A DNA stretch of 63,990 nt, filler included, from Hyphochytrium catenoides (Eukaryota; Protista; Hyphochytriomycota): assembly GCA_900088475.1 (NCBI GenBank). It is 10 parts of 10 records of this genome, joined end to end, with 100 filler letters (N's around TTAATTAATTAA, not from the genome) between each part and the next. Parts side by side here need not be neighbours in the genome. Positions count along the whole stretch, not along the records: positions 23,915 to 35,689 come from FLMG01004099.1; positions 35,790 to 38,577 come from FLMG01002057.1; 8 more parts are not named here. One strand, written 5' to 3'. A program made the position numbers and the translations under genes. The notes under the pieces are model-generated. The model saw only the letters and a program-made list of their open reading frames with translations, had not been told where the DNA came from and did no database searches. Below, one piece after another: positions 23,915 through 35,806 of this stretch (position 1 is the first letter of the stretch; each line of letters opens with the position of its first letter).

Positions 23915-26720
23915 GCGCATTCCTCCTGATGAACAGCTGGACCCTTCTCTTGCTTGTCTCGTGACAGCTGAGCTCGAAGGTGATGACATGGTTGCTAGTG
24001 GTTCAGCTCCTCCTCCTCCTGCTTCTCCGCTTATCATTACTGAGGAAATCAACTATGAATCTTCCTTTACTGATGATGAGCAGGGAGCAGATCGAGCTGA
24101 GGTGGAAGAGCCTCTGGCTTCTTAGCTTTGCTTGCCTTTCTTCCCTTTCGCTTTCTCTTCTTGTTCTTCACTTTCTAATGAGAAGTAACAGATGACGAAA
24201 GAAGAAGGAGAAGAAGAAGAAGAAGAAAAAGAGGAAGAAGGAAAGAAACAAGGAAGGCTATGACGCCTTGGTCTCTTCCTCCTCAACCTGATCCCCTCCA
24301 CACTCATCATCAGTGAAGGAAGAATCATAATTGATCTCTCCAGTAATAACAAGGGGAGAAGGAGGAGGAGGAGGTGAATCATCATCAATCACAATGTCAT
24401 CATCAGCAACTTCAAACGCCGCGAGGCAAGCAAGCAAGAGAAGGGTCCAACTGTTCAGGAGGAATACGCTTCAAACGGGACCATTGACCAAGATGCCGAG
24501 AAGCATCAAGAGCAGAGCGGTCACATTGAAGCTTCACCAGATTGTTTGCACAATCAACGACACCCGGCATAGCACCTCCAAAGGACTCCCAAACCAGTGG
24601 GACAATTTTTTTGGGTTTGTAAAACCCCTACCCTTTGGGGGGCACAAACGAACAGACAGACGCGGACGAACAAATCGAGAAAAATTCTGCACCGCCTCAC
24701 ACAAAAACCTGAACAAAAAAGCTTCGCCCTTCGGGCTCGCCAATAATTGATTTCGCTTCGCTTATTATCACTACTTAGCAAACTTGGAATCTAGAAGAAG
24801 AAAGTGAAGAAGGAGAAGAAGAGAAAGAGAAGGAAATCTAAGAAGCCAGAGGCTCTTCCACCTCAGCTCGATCTGCTCCCTGCTCATCATCAGTAAAAGA
24901 AGATTCATAGTTGATTTCCTCGGTAATGATAAGTGGAGAAGAAGGAGGAAGAGGAGTTCAACCACTAGCAACCATGTCATCATCACCTTCGAGCTCAGCT
25001 GTCACGAGACAAGCAAGAGAAGGGTCCAGCTGTTCAGGAGGAATACGCTTCAAGATTTGAAGTGCATTTTCTTCGTGAATGGCTAAAGATATTCGCGTAT
25101 GAAGGCGTAAGCCCATAGCTAAGCGAGACCAATGACCAAGATGGCGAGAAGCATCAAGAGCGGAGGGGTCACATTGAAGCTTCACCAGGTGACCCACACA
25201 ATAAACAACGCCTTGCATAGCTCCCCCAAACGACTCCCAAACTAGCGGAAAAAACTGCAGCCTCACAGCCTTATTACAAGCAACCTCATACTTCTTGAGC
25301 TTCGCTTTCTCAGACAAACGACCTTGATAGCCGGCATGGACTGCTGCATAGGAAAGGGTTCTAGATTGCTGCAGCGAGTCCGTGATGGACACATCGAAAG
25401 CCGTATGTTGATAAGAGTCCGAGAAGCCACGAACAACAGGTCTCCCGGTTTGAGATTTGACCACCCCGGAAGGAAATGACGGGGTTCACGAGAGACTTTG
25501 AGGACAGGTCCCGAAAAGCATGAAATAGGATGTCTTGTTGAACACGACGATGACGCTTTCTTTTACAAAAACAGACACACTATCCAAAGGTATCTGTCCC
25601 GAATTTGTCTGGTGAGGGTTCCCACTACTCTTCTACTTTCCTGTCTTCTTGCTGGCACTAGACTTGCACTCAAAAGCTTGGTTGCGGGCTACTACTTCCC
25701 CCTCTTCGTTCCCTCCTGCTGGTTGCAATTGAAGGTAACAATGTTTCTTATCCGGCGGGTGATGCTGTGGCGATTTATCCCTCCCTCTTGTGCGCACTCC
25801 AGCCTCTTGTTGCCTTCTGTCGTCGTGGCGGTGGGGCTGCTCATCAACGTCACCGTCGTGTACAAGACATTCCCTTTCATGCCTTTCGTCGGGACTCTGG
25901 TCTCAAAGTCCCCTTCCTGCAAAGTTCGCCACCTATTTCCGGGCACCAGTCACAATAATATGAGTTCTAAAGATTTGTTGGTTCATGAATTCTCCACTTT
26001 TGATCAGTACTCGGCCTTTGATGTGTCCGTCATTCACGACGGATTTGCAGCAATCCAGAACCCTTTCCGATGCAGAGTCCAGGCCGGCTACTATCAAGGG
26101 CGTTTGCGAATTGAGAAAGTACCAAGAAGGTCCCTGCCAGGTTGTGGGGCTACAGTTTGTGCTGCTGGTCTGGAAGTCGTTTATTTGGTGATGCCATCCA
26201 TGCCCTGTGTCCTGGACTCTCTGCAACAGCCACTAATAAAGCTGCAGTGTGATCGTGCTGCTCTTGAGGCTGCCCGTCCTCTTGGTCATTAGTCTCGGTT
26301 GGCAAAAGGCTCTGACTCTTCATACCACAAGAATCTCTTTCGCGATTTATATGAAGAGAATGCACTACAAATCTGATGAAGCGTATTCCTGTTAAGCAGT
26401 TGGACCCCGCCCTGGCTTCTTCCATCATGATTGAGCGCGACGATGATGATGGTCTTGGCGCCACGCCCTCTCCTCCTCCTCCTCCTCCTCCCATCATAAT
26501 TGCCGAAGACTTCAACCATATCTTCTTCCTTTTCCGATACTAATTACGGGGAGAGCATGTTGAAGGAGGGTCCGGGACTCTGTAGCTCTTGTTTCTTCTT
26601 CTTTTTTAACTTCTTTTTCTTCTTTTTCATCTTCCTCCTTCTTCTTCTTCTCCTTCTCCTCCTCCTCCTACTTCTCCTTCTTCTTCTTTTTTACTTCTTC
26701 TTCTCCTTCTTATAATCCTT
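23915..26720. mobile_element. Nest of four 3'-end fragments of an RLE-type (CRE/R2-group) non-LTR retrotransposon: ~23915-24180 (+), ~24195-24600 (-), ~24790-25555 (-), ~25620-26520 (+) with (CTT)n tails
   Basis: ORF 24958..25464 TAFDVSITDS..AAVHAGYQGRLSEKAKLKKYEVAC..FFPLVWESFGG..RISLAIHEENA is the restriction-like endonuclease signature (D..K..KY..PL..E.FG); upstream SKAWLRA and C..GG...RH..VQD, KPGD. Near-identical nucleotide blocks occur in both orientations. Confidence 0.82.
24601..24775 (+). mobile_element. Possible 3' end of a non-autonomous Helentron/HINE (DINE-1-like) element
   Basis: ACAAACGAACAGACAGACGCGGACGAACAAA microsatellite followed by short hairpin GCCC-TTC-GGGC (GCTTCGCCCTTCGGGCTCGCCAATAA); sits between two retrotransposon copies and is unrelated to them. 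Confidence 0.35.
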
Positions 26721-27756
26721 CTTACGTATAGTTGTTGCTTAGGGTTATTAACGTGATGTGCGTAAAAAAAATACCAAAAAGGGAAAAACCTCCGTCCTAC
26801 GGTAGTTAAGAGGGAGGGAGAAAAGAAGAGCACAAATTTCCAAGAGAAAGACGCGGGGGCGATGGGATATAGTAACAAAGAGACTGGAGAACCTAGTGGC
26901 AAATTCGTCTTTTTCTTCTTCTTCTTCTTTCTCTCCTTCTTCTTTCTTCATCTTTTACCTCTTCTTAGTAGACCTTATAATAATAAAGAACGAGGAAAAG
27001 ATTATAGGGGAACGGGAGAAGTTGTACAAGAGCCTTTTTTTGCTGCTATGGACACAATCATGCGCCGCGTTCCAGGTACTTGACGACGGTGGCTCTTCCT
27101 CGCCCGAGGGGTGATTGCCATCCGAAAGATGACGTTGGAATGGCCCTGGATGAGTCAGGAGATAATTGAAGAATGATGACAACAGGAACCCTATCGACGT
27201 TCTATTTATGCGAATCCCAGCAGTAGAGGAAGACGTTTACGTAGACGAAGCAGAGGTCGAACTCGTTCGTGAGTTCTGGAGAAGCAAGTAAGACGAATGT
27301 GTCTTCTACTGACAACCTATCGATCTTGATTTCTTCTCTTGTCTAGCCGCCAAAAAGAGATCTTAGACAATCTCATCTCCCTCCGCTTCTTCTTCTTCCC
27401 GTAACCATTTACCGCTTCCTTCTTCTCCTCCTCCTTCGCCTCCTGCACATTCTCTCACTTCTCTTCCTTTCCTTCTTCCTCTCCTCTTGTCTGGGATACT
27501 TGCATTTTACAAATGCCCATCTACCTTTAGCCTCGAAGACACAGTTGAGAGGGTGACAGCAGGGCAGTAGATAAGAAAATGAGGTTGTGATCAAGACGGT
27601 AGATTCAGTGATAGGAGAGTCAGGTCAGAAGATCAAACGAAGACACTGTGATCACGGCCGCGATAGTGATTGGAAAGGTAGCCACCAAGCGTCGCGCTCT
27701 GATAGAAATATAAATAATAGATGATGACAATAAGTGTAGTCATAAGCGAAAACCTA

Positions 27757-30700
27757 TCACCTACTACCGCTATGACTAGCGGGTAGCACTTTTTCTATTC
27801 TATGATGTTCCTTCTCCCTGTTGACCTCTGGACGCTTGTTATTAAGTGGTACATCGTAAGACACAGCCGCCGTAAGAAAGTATAAACGTCTATCGCCATT
27901 CTCTCGTTGTCTGCACAAATCTTGTCCAGGAATCCTCGTCTCCCTCCCCCTAAATGCTCCTCCTACAATTGACATTACAGGCCAGCACCAAGACGACTGA
28001 TGAGGAGCGAGAGAGGAGCGTTTGGAATGAAGTTGCTTTCGAGTTCCTGGCGTGGGCCTTGGCGGCGGAGCGCAATGGACGAGGAAATGATAGAGCACAG
28101 GAAGAGAAAAGACGATGAGAGAGGTCAAGCGAGCTACGATGAAGCTGTCCATACTAAAGTCCAGCACGAGATCCTTTTCCTTTTTGTCGTTCTCGGATTG
28201 CTCCTTACTGCCGGAGCTCTCCTGGCCCCATTTCTCCAAAAACTTTGTGATCTGGAAAAGACTCCTTGACCGTAGGTAAAAGCTGCCGTCTAGAAAGACC
28301 AGATCATACAGAAACCAGCACTGGACGGCAAGGAGAGGAAGTAACATGGCCGTCCCTATAAAATGCTTCGAGATAGAAGGAGCCATCATCAACTCTTCTG
28401 ATGGCAGTCCTCCTCGGTGTCTTGTGGTAGATATCCTTTCTTCGCCAGGAACGCTGCCTCCTCCGTCTGCCCTACCAGGCAGAGGGACCACGGAATCGTT
28501 ACACAAGCATGCCACATAGAGAATGCACCAAGCCAGTAAGACGAGGCAGCGCTCATCGTACTCGAAGGCATCTGAAAGTGAGAGAAGCAAAACTGCGGTC
28601 TGAGACAAAAGGAACCAGAGGTCGAAGGAAGAAAGAAACATCAGCCGCAGCAGCTCGGCGTTCCACCACGTCGACATAAAGAGAACCGTTAGAAGACTCC
28701 AAAGCAACGCGATGACTGCAATAAGAGGTGACAGCCAGGAGAAGAGGAACTTGACTTGCTCTCTGGTGGCCGCTTCCTTCTTCCTATTGCCCACGTAATA
28801 TCCAGCTGGCACTAACACGCCTGCCCCGCAGACGAGGAATAATTGCAGAAAGCATCGGCGGGAGCAAGGCCGCACGAATAGTAGAGCCCTTCTGCCTCGG
28901 GTTGAGTGCTCTCTCCTTAGTGGCTGGTCTACCATCAAGCTGCTGATAGGATTATTATTGGGGGGCAAAAGGAAGCTTTCGTGGCTTGTTCGCTTTCCGC
29001 TTGGTAAAGCGGGAAATCGTGGCGTGTCCAAGTCGCTCTCTGGCCCAGTCACCATGGTTCGCTGATCGACTTCTCCGACTTCATTCCTAACGCCTCCAAC
29101 AAAATCTCCGGCGACTAAGGATTCCTTTCCACCTCTTTCAGATCCTTCTTTAGCTATTACCGGCTCCGATGAGAGAGAGAGATTCTTATTGGCCTGTTCC
29201 TCTCTGTCTGAATGACGGTGCTTGGATCTGAAAGGAGAGACATTGTGTGATAGGGATAACGATAACAGCTTCTTGAGGTGAACGGAAATCAGAGAGAACA
29301 CTGTGTTCTTTGCCCTGAAGACCACGCTTTCTGGCCTAGAGATGACTAACGGGACTATCACGCTCTCTCCTCCTCCTCCTTGTCTTTCTTTCTCTCGCTC
29401 TCTTCCTCCTACTGCTTTCAGCCAAGGTCCCACATCTCCCGTAGCGTTGTACTTACAAAGGTCTTCAATTGAAGGAGAGACTGTGCCCATCACTGCATCT
29501 CTCGGCCTCGGTCCATCTTTCAGCTGTAGTGCTGTCTCTTGCATCTCCACTGGAGTAAGAGAGAAATTTTGTTGCGTTGGCTTGAGAACAAGAGGCCACT
29601 GAATATTCGGGCAGGGAAGAGTCCTTACACCTATCTTCACTTCCGCAGGCTCTGACTCACCGTCCTTACACCTCGTCTGCGTAGTCGTCGAAGGAACATC
29701 ACTAGCAACAAGCGGCGCAGTTGTATGGCTTAGCAATCTTGGCGCATGCATCCCTCTTTCTTTCCTCCGCGTAGCTGATTGTTTTCTTCCCCTCGTGTCT
29801 CTGTTCATNNNNNNNNNNNNNNNNNNNNNNNNNNNNNNNNNNNNNNNNNNNNNNNNNNNNNNNNNNNAAGTCTTCCCCAGTTAGTTGACGTTCTCCAATC
29901 TGCCACCGTAGCACCTTTCCTTGTTTGAAAACCTGCAGCACCAGCGAGAGGGAGAGGAACAGATACTGCAACAGGGCCGCAAAGTAGGTCCAGAAGAGCC
30001 CTGAGGATGCCCGAAAGCGGTAGTGATTGCTGTCCTTAAGTGGCCCTCCAATAATGGCAATGAGGTAACCTGCCATCCCCAACACTGGCCCGCGAATGCC
30101 TCCTAGCATTAGCGCCACCGTGATCCAAAGGAGGGCTGCAATCAGGAGGATCAGCCAGAATTGAGGAGACTGTGCGGACTTCTTCAGCAGTAAGGGGTTT
30201 ATGCTCAAGGCCACCTGCACAAGCGCAGGCAATGCTCCTAGAGCGCCAAAGACCGCAAGGTAAGCACCCCAGACCTCTCCTACTACCAGTGCAATGGTGG
30301 TGGCGGCAATAGAGGAATTGTAGCTGTAATAAGAAAGCTTCACCAAAGCTCTATGTCGACGGATGCCTTTCAGATATTCGCGATGGCCCCGAGGACCGAA
30401 GAGCAAGCTACAAAGAGAGACATTGAAGTCTACCAGGACCGTCCCCAATCGACTCTCCTCTTCTGAAGCCCATAGAGGAACTAGTGACCACTCCGCATCT
30501 TCTTCGACTTTATTATGGCTTCTGTCCGTCTTCCTGTTGGTGTCTCTTCCAGTTCCTGCCGTATCGCTTTCCAAAGACTCCAAAGCGGCAGTAGGTTCAC
30601 TGTGCCCTATCCCTCTTTTTGAAGTGCTGGCCTTTGCCCTGCTAGCCTGCGGTTCTGAAGTACCGAGAGTTGGAAGGTGAAGGCTTTGGGTTGAGCTATG

Positions 30701-30877
30701 GCGCAGAGGAGGATTTGAAAAAGTGGCAGTTGACGAATGTCGTGCACAGGTACTGCTGCCTCCGCTGGAGCCTGTCTGCCTCACATTGGCAGTATTTAGA
30801 ACGCTACCGGGAAGGCAAGACTGGTTCCTGTCACTGGGTTCCCTCTTACTCTGTACCTTCTCCGCGTCTTTCGTCAT
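27757..30877 (-). CDS. Intronless multi-pass membrane protein with two related TM modules (spans a 59-N gap at 29809-29867)
   Basis: ORFs 29868-30877 and 27757-29808 are both open up to the gap. Each has a hydrophobic cluster with a similar motif (INPLLLKKSAQSPQFWLIL..IRGPVL..LKDS; WNAELLRLMFLSSFDLWFLL..DERCLVL..CNDS). Confidence 0.7.
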
Positions 30878-32859
30878 GACCACCACCGCTTAGTATTTTG
30901 GTTTGCTACAATGGCAAGCTGTTAATGAGCCCTTAGTCAGGCCTCGACCGCACCCTAGCATTGACCCAGTTTTTGGAGCGCTCTGAGGAAGCCGAAGCAG
31001 CAGCTCCGCATTAAAACTGGCCTATTCTTGACTCCTATCTTTCTCTCACCTCTGTTAAGGTGCTGGTAGTGGCAGCGCCGCAGCCGGGAATTTGCTCGGC
31101 GCCGCTCCCATCATTCAAACCTATCGATTTTGCTCTGCCCAGGTCGTCCTTTGCATATTCAAACCGCTCATGCTACACCACCATGGCCGCCGGCTCCTTG
31201 CATAGTTCAAGTCCGTGCCAGTACCAGTTACTTACCACCACTGAGTCCAACTTCCTCCTGCTGCCCCTCGACTGCGAAAAGGTGACGAGCCTTTGCCACT
31301 TATTACTCTTCTACTAGTACCTCGCTCCGCCGCCTTTGTCCCCTGTCTCTGTCCGTCGGCGTGCCGTCTTCCCATCAAAAGGAGGTGGGGATGGAAGGAC
31401 CGTGCTAAGAATGAGCTTTCTCTTTTGGGGATGATAGTGCAGGCTCAATTAGGAACTGAGAGGAGGAAGAGAAGCGGCAACATACCTAACCCACTTCCTT
31501 TACCACCTCACTGATCCAGGCAACCTTTGCGGCTTCTCATGCCACCCTACATACTGGGGGACTACTGAAGCCTCTACGTCTGTAACGGACAGAATGACAG
31601 GAAGGCGCCCAGAAGTCAAAGGGTCAAGGCATCTGATGGCCTGGTTATCAACCACAATAGCAGTAGGAACTAGTGCCATGAGCAGTCGTCGCACAATGAT
31701 GAGCCTGATTAGAGACAGATGAGGCAGCAGAAGGTAGCATGAGCTAACATACGATCACATGGCACACCACCGTCACCAAGACGGCAGCGCGTTGAGATTG
31801 ACCGGTGTGGGTGGCTACCTCTCTCCATTGCTCTGGGTCACCAGTAATGCGCATCATCGTTCAGTGATCCACTCGCCAGACGGCACTCGCAAGGGAAGAG
31901 GTGAACATGGTACCATCTGAACGCCAACTCTTGTAAAGAAAGAGAGTGTGCAGGCTGGACTCTTGAATAAGTGTTCATGCACGGCTCCTACATCAGCAAT
32001 GGAGGTTTCAGGTGCTGGTAAGATCGCCTCGCCGATGCTTGTCACCACTGGCCCAGATCTTGGTTGATTTCCTCTTGCCCTTCGGTCGCTTCGCTATGTG
32101 GCAGTGGGATGACGTCTGGATGCTGCTTTCTGCTTTTTCCACATACTGTATGGGCCAAGTAAGAAAAGAATGCTTACATCCTCCTTCCTCCTATCTCCTG
32201 GTTTTCTTGACTTTACTGGCCTTATTTTACCTCCTAATGAATTGCTTGTTCTCTTTGACGCGTTCTTTTTGTGGGGGATGATCTGGCATAGAATGTTTGT
32301 TGCTATGCCCCGAGGACGACGAAGCGCTTGCTGGAGAAGTTCCTTTTCATTGATGACGACTACTAAAGCATCCAAGCAACCAAGAGTAAATACTTTCTTG
32401 TCAATGCCCGTCTCTATGTGACAGGGAGAACACAAAGCAGGGAAAGATGGTGTAGAAAGATCATAGATAGTCCTAGCAATGTTAAATAGACCATTAGTCT
32501 CAGAGAAGCACCATGGTAAATGCCGCCAAGAGTGGACTCATTAGCAAGCTGTAGGAAGAGAAGAGATAGACAGACTAAAGGAGGAAGTCCCTGACCCTGG
32601 TGCTAAGCCGCTAGATACTCACTCTTTCTGCCCCCAAAGTAAGCCATGGGTTCCATCTATCCAGGAAAAAGTGTTTGAGACAAGTCTTGAGAGGAACTCT
32701 GAAAAGATTGACTTCTGTATGTATATAAAGAGTATACTTTGCTATATTCGTGCCTTCGTACTCTGTCTACCATGTCAACAACTGATGCGGGCAGCAGAGA
32801 AGCGGCACCCTTCAGCTCCATGTGATTGCACGTCATCACCCTTTCGCCAATCCTTCGGC

Positions 32860-33762
32860 TTACCATGAACCCCGCAACAGTAAAGGCAGACTGCTGATCA
32901 ATGATGCGACCAAAACAGAAGGGAACATTGAGATAAGCGTTCTTGCCACAGCAGCAGAAGTTTTGCTGTCAGCAGCGGTGGTAGAGTCGTTTGCCTGACC
33001 ATTTTCCTTTCCGGTCGCACTGGAAGACGAACCAGAGCCAGATGAAGGCTTAGTGGAGGGAGAAGCGGTTGGGGAAGAGGACGAGGAACAGCTTAAGGCC
33101 TTCTTTCCAGTGCTTCCAAGTTTCCCAGCCTCAGTCATGTCATCTGCCTGCTCCTTGCACTCTGCACTACACTGTGGAAGGATCTCTTTGGCCTTGATTG
33201 CCAATTCTTCTACAGCAGCCATTATGACACAGAGGCAAGCACTGAACTGCGGAAACTTGGTCTTGATCTTCTCGGCCAGCTCCTTTGACCTGACAGCCTC
33301 AGTGATCCACTCTTCAAAGTCCTTAGAAAGGAACTCCTCAGGTATTTTGCCCGCTTTCACCGCATCGACAATGGGCTCCTTGGTAAGGAATGCGCATGCG
33401 GGATCCTGAAGCACCTTCTGGCCCGCAAGTTCAGTGACATTAAGGCCTTTGTTTGCCAGGCAAACGGCGCATTTTCCGTCTTCCTCCCCAACTATCTCGT
33501 CCTTCTCTACATTCACGGCGCCCTCGTTCTTATCATCTCCGATTTCGATCTGCAGGCGACGCAGGAACGAGTCACTGGGTCTGATGAAGGCGGAGGCGGA
33601 AGAGAGTAAATTTCTTCCCTGCAGGGAAAACTGCTTAGCGCTGAAGCTCTGAAGGTGGTCAGCAGATATCACTCCGCTCTCGGCTGCATCTGATGAAGCG
33701 CAAAGAGCTGGAAGGAGGAGGAGGAAGACTCCGGTTCTAATAGAGGTGGTAAGTCCAAACAT
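32860..33762 (-). CDS. Secreted, probably GPI-anchored Cys-rich surface protein (300 aa, intronless)
   Basis: ATG at 33762; signal peptide MFGLTTSIRTGVFLLLLPALCA; 8-Cys helical domain; Ser/Thr-rich stalk; C-terminal SAA + hydrophobic tail (TLISMFPSVLVASLISSLPLLL). Confidence 0.8.
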   Translation of the reverse strand: MFGLTTSIRTGVFLLLLPALCASSDAAESGVISADHLQSFSAKQFSLQGRNLLSSASAFIRPSDSFLRRLQIEIGDDKNEGAVNVEKDEIVGEEDGKCAVCLANKGLNVTELAGQKVLQDPACAFLTKEPIVDAVKAGKIPEEFLSKDFEEWITEAVRSKELAEKIKTKFPQFSACLCVIMAAVEELAIKAKEILPQCSAECKEQADDMTEAGKLGSTGKKALSCSSSSSPTASPSTKPSSGSGSSSSATGKENGQANDSTTAADSKTSAAVARTLISMFPSVLVASLISSLPLLLRGSW

Positions 33763-35315
33763 CACTACTTGGGCGAGTGTAAAATTGCTGATAGGAGAGG
33801 AGCTCTTTATCAAGGGGATGAGCGCTACTAGTCCTTCTACAGTCGTAAGGCTTTTGTTGCGGAGAGCTGGGAAATATGGAACTGAAATGGGTGGCGCGAG
33901 AGGGAGGGGGCAGGCAACATCAAGAGAAAGCTGTTGTTGTTGGATGAGGGAAAGGAGAAGACAGAGAGGGAGTGACGACAGTGGCAGCAGACTGTCAACC
34001 GACAGATCTATTATAGAGTCCAACAGGTGGCTTGTCAGTTTCGCTATCTTTTTTAGCAGCAAGCAAAACACCTCATCATCTTGAACCGAAGTGTCCTATA
34101 GCAGAATAGCAGAAAGACAGAGGACTGATCCTCTCACAACCCTGATGAAATATCAACCCAGCACTCCGTTGGCTCTACCAGTGCCCTCCTCCCATCGGCA
34201 CACTGCTGGTGGGCATCTCTTCATTCCTCCCAAACTGTCTCTATCATTGTGCACCGATGAAGGTAACAGGTAGATCTTGTCTGATAATAGGGCTAATGTC
34301 GCTTTCCTTCCGTCCCCACAATAAGAGGCTAACAATCCTTCAGCAGCAGCAGCAGCAGCAGCAGCAGGAAGCAAAGTCCTAGCAGGAGGAAAAAATAAGG
34401 GGGGGAGAGCGCTTCTGGTGATGGCTGGTCCTCTTCCTCCATCTCGTGCCCAGGTATTATACTCACAAAGGCAATAATGTCTGACACTCTGTCTCACTCC
34501 TGATCCTTGTCACACTACCTTTCTTACCTCCCTCATCAGCCTCTGAAGAGAAACTTCAACTGAGAGCTGCCAACCAATGCTCTCCAGCATACTGCGTATC
34601 TCACCTCCGCTCTTTCTCCTCCATCCCCTATCACTCAAACAAAATAACAGAAATCTCTCCTGATTCTTCCTCGTCAATGCCTGAGAAAGGTGCTGATGGT
34701 GTCCGCTGTTATCCCGTACAGCACGAACTACAAAAGGGCGCAACAGGATCGTCCCACCATTGTGGTCCCTCCCCTCCTCCTCCTCCTCCTCCACTGGCTA
34801 CCGTGATGATTGATGACAACCACAGCTAAGAGAAATCTCCTGCAAAGATCCAGGAGGACATCTCGGTTGCGCGCGGTACCTCCTTTTCTATCAGCAGCAT
34901 CCTCATCATAGAAGAAAGAGGAGTCTTCTTATTATTATTAGAGGGATTTATGCCTATATATTATATTAGCATCAAGCTCAACATACAACAATCAACAAGA
35001 CAGAGAAGAAGAGCAATAGATGATGGAGAGAAGAGAGATGATATGGGATGACAGCTGGGTCTGACGCACCTGCTGCAGAGCCTAGCCTAGCGCATGATGA
35101 CGAACCAACCAGCCCCAATACTACTACTAACCCTAATCCCTACTACCAGGGACACGGCAAGTGGTGAAGGATAAAGGAGGGGCGGACTCTCCCGGAGGAC
35201 GGTCAATGCAGCTTCACTAGACGCCTCACCACGCGGCGTACAGCCACTAAAATATTCATCATCCTACAAGTAGAAACAGCAGACAATCGATTAACCCTTG
35301 TGCTTCAGAGTGTTA

Positions 35316-35394
35316 CCACTTAACCACTCCCTAACGTCTGGTCCTCCCCTCCTCCCCACTTAACCACTCCCTAACGGCTGGTCTTCTCCTCCTC
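35316..35394. repeat. 40-bp tandem duplication
   Basis: CCACTTAACCACTCCCTAACG(T/G)CTGGTC.TC.CCTCCTC at 35316 and 35356. Confidence 0.85.
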
Positions 35395-35806
35395 TCGGTG
35401 TTGTTGGCAAAAGACCATAAACGAACAATTCTTTACTTTTACAGGAGAAGAGAGAAGAAGAAGGAAAAGGAGAGCCGAGCTCCACAGTGTTTTTGTCCTG
35501 CATCATCATCATCCCGCCACACAAAAACCTGCCACGATTTACTTCTTCTGTCAACTACTATCTCGCTACTAGCAGCAGTGAGTGGTAGTAGTGCACGCAA
35601 GCAGCCTTCTCCAGCAGCATCACCAGCAGCACCACTGCTATTGGTGTGTAAAGAAGCATGATGAGAAGCAGGCGGGCGTCGAAGGGGGGNNNNNNNNNNN
35701 NNNNNNNNNNNNNNNNNNNNNNNNNNNNNNNNNTTAATTAATTAANNNNNNNNNNNNNNNNNNNNNNNNNNNNNNNNNNNNNNNNNNNNAGATCGTACGG
35801 AGCTAT

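Noticed and set aside
26729-26737. Telomeric TTAGGG target site beside the RLE element (also isolated CCCTAA near 23436 and 35131)
   Set aside because: Single hexamers, no array.
31293-32435. Possible genes in short ORFs here and at 62765-63990
   Set aside because: No recognisable motif, splice pattern or sustained frame; left unannotated.
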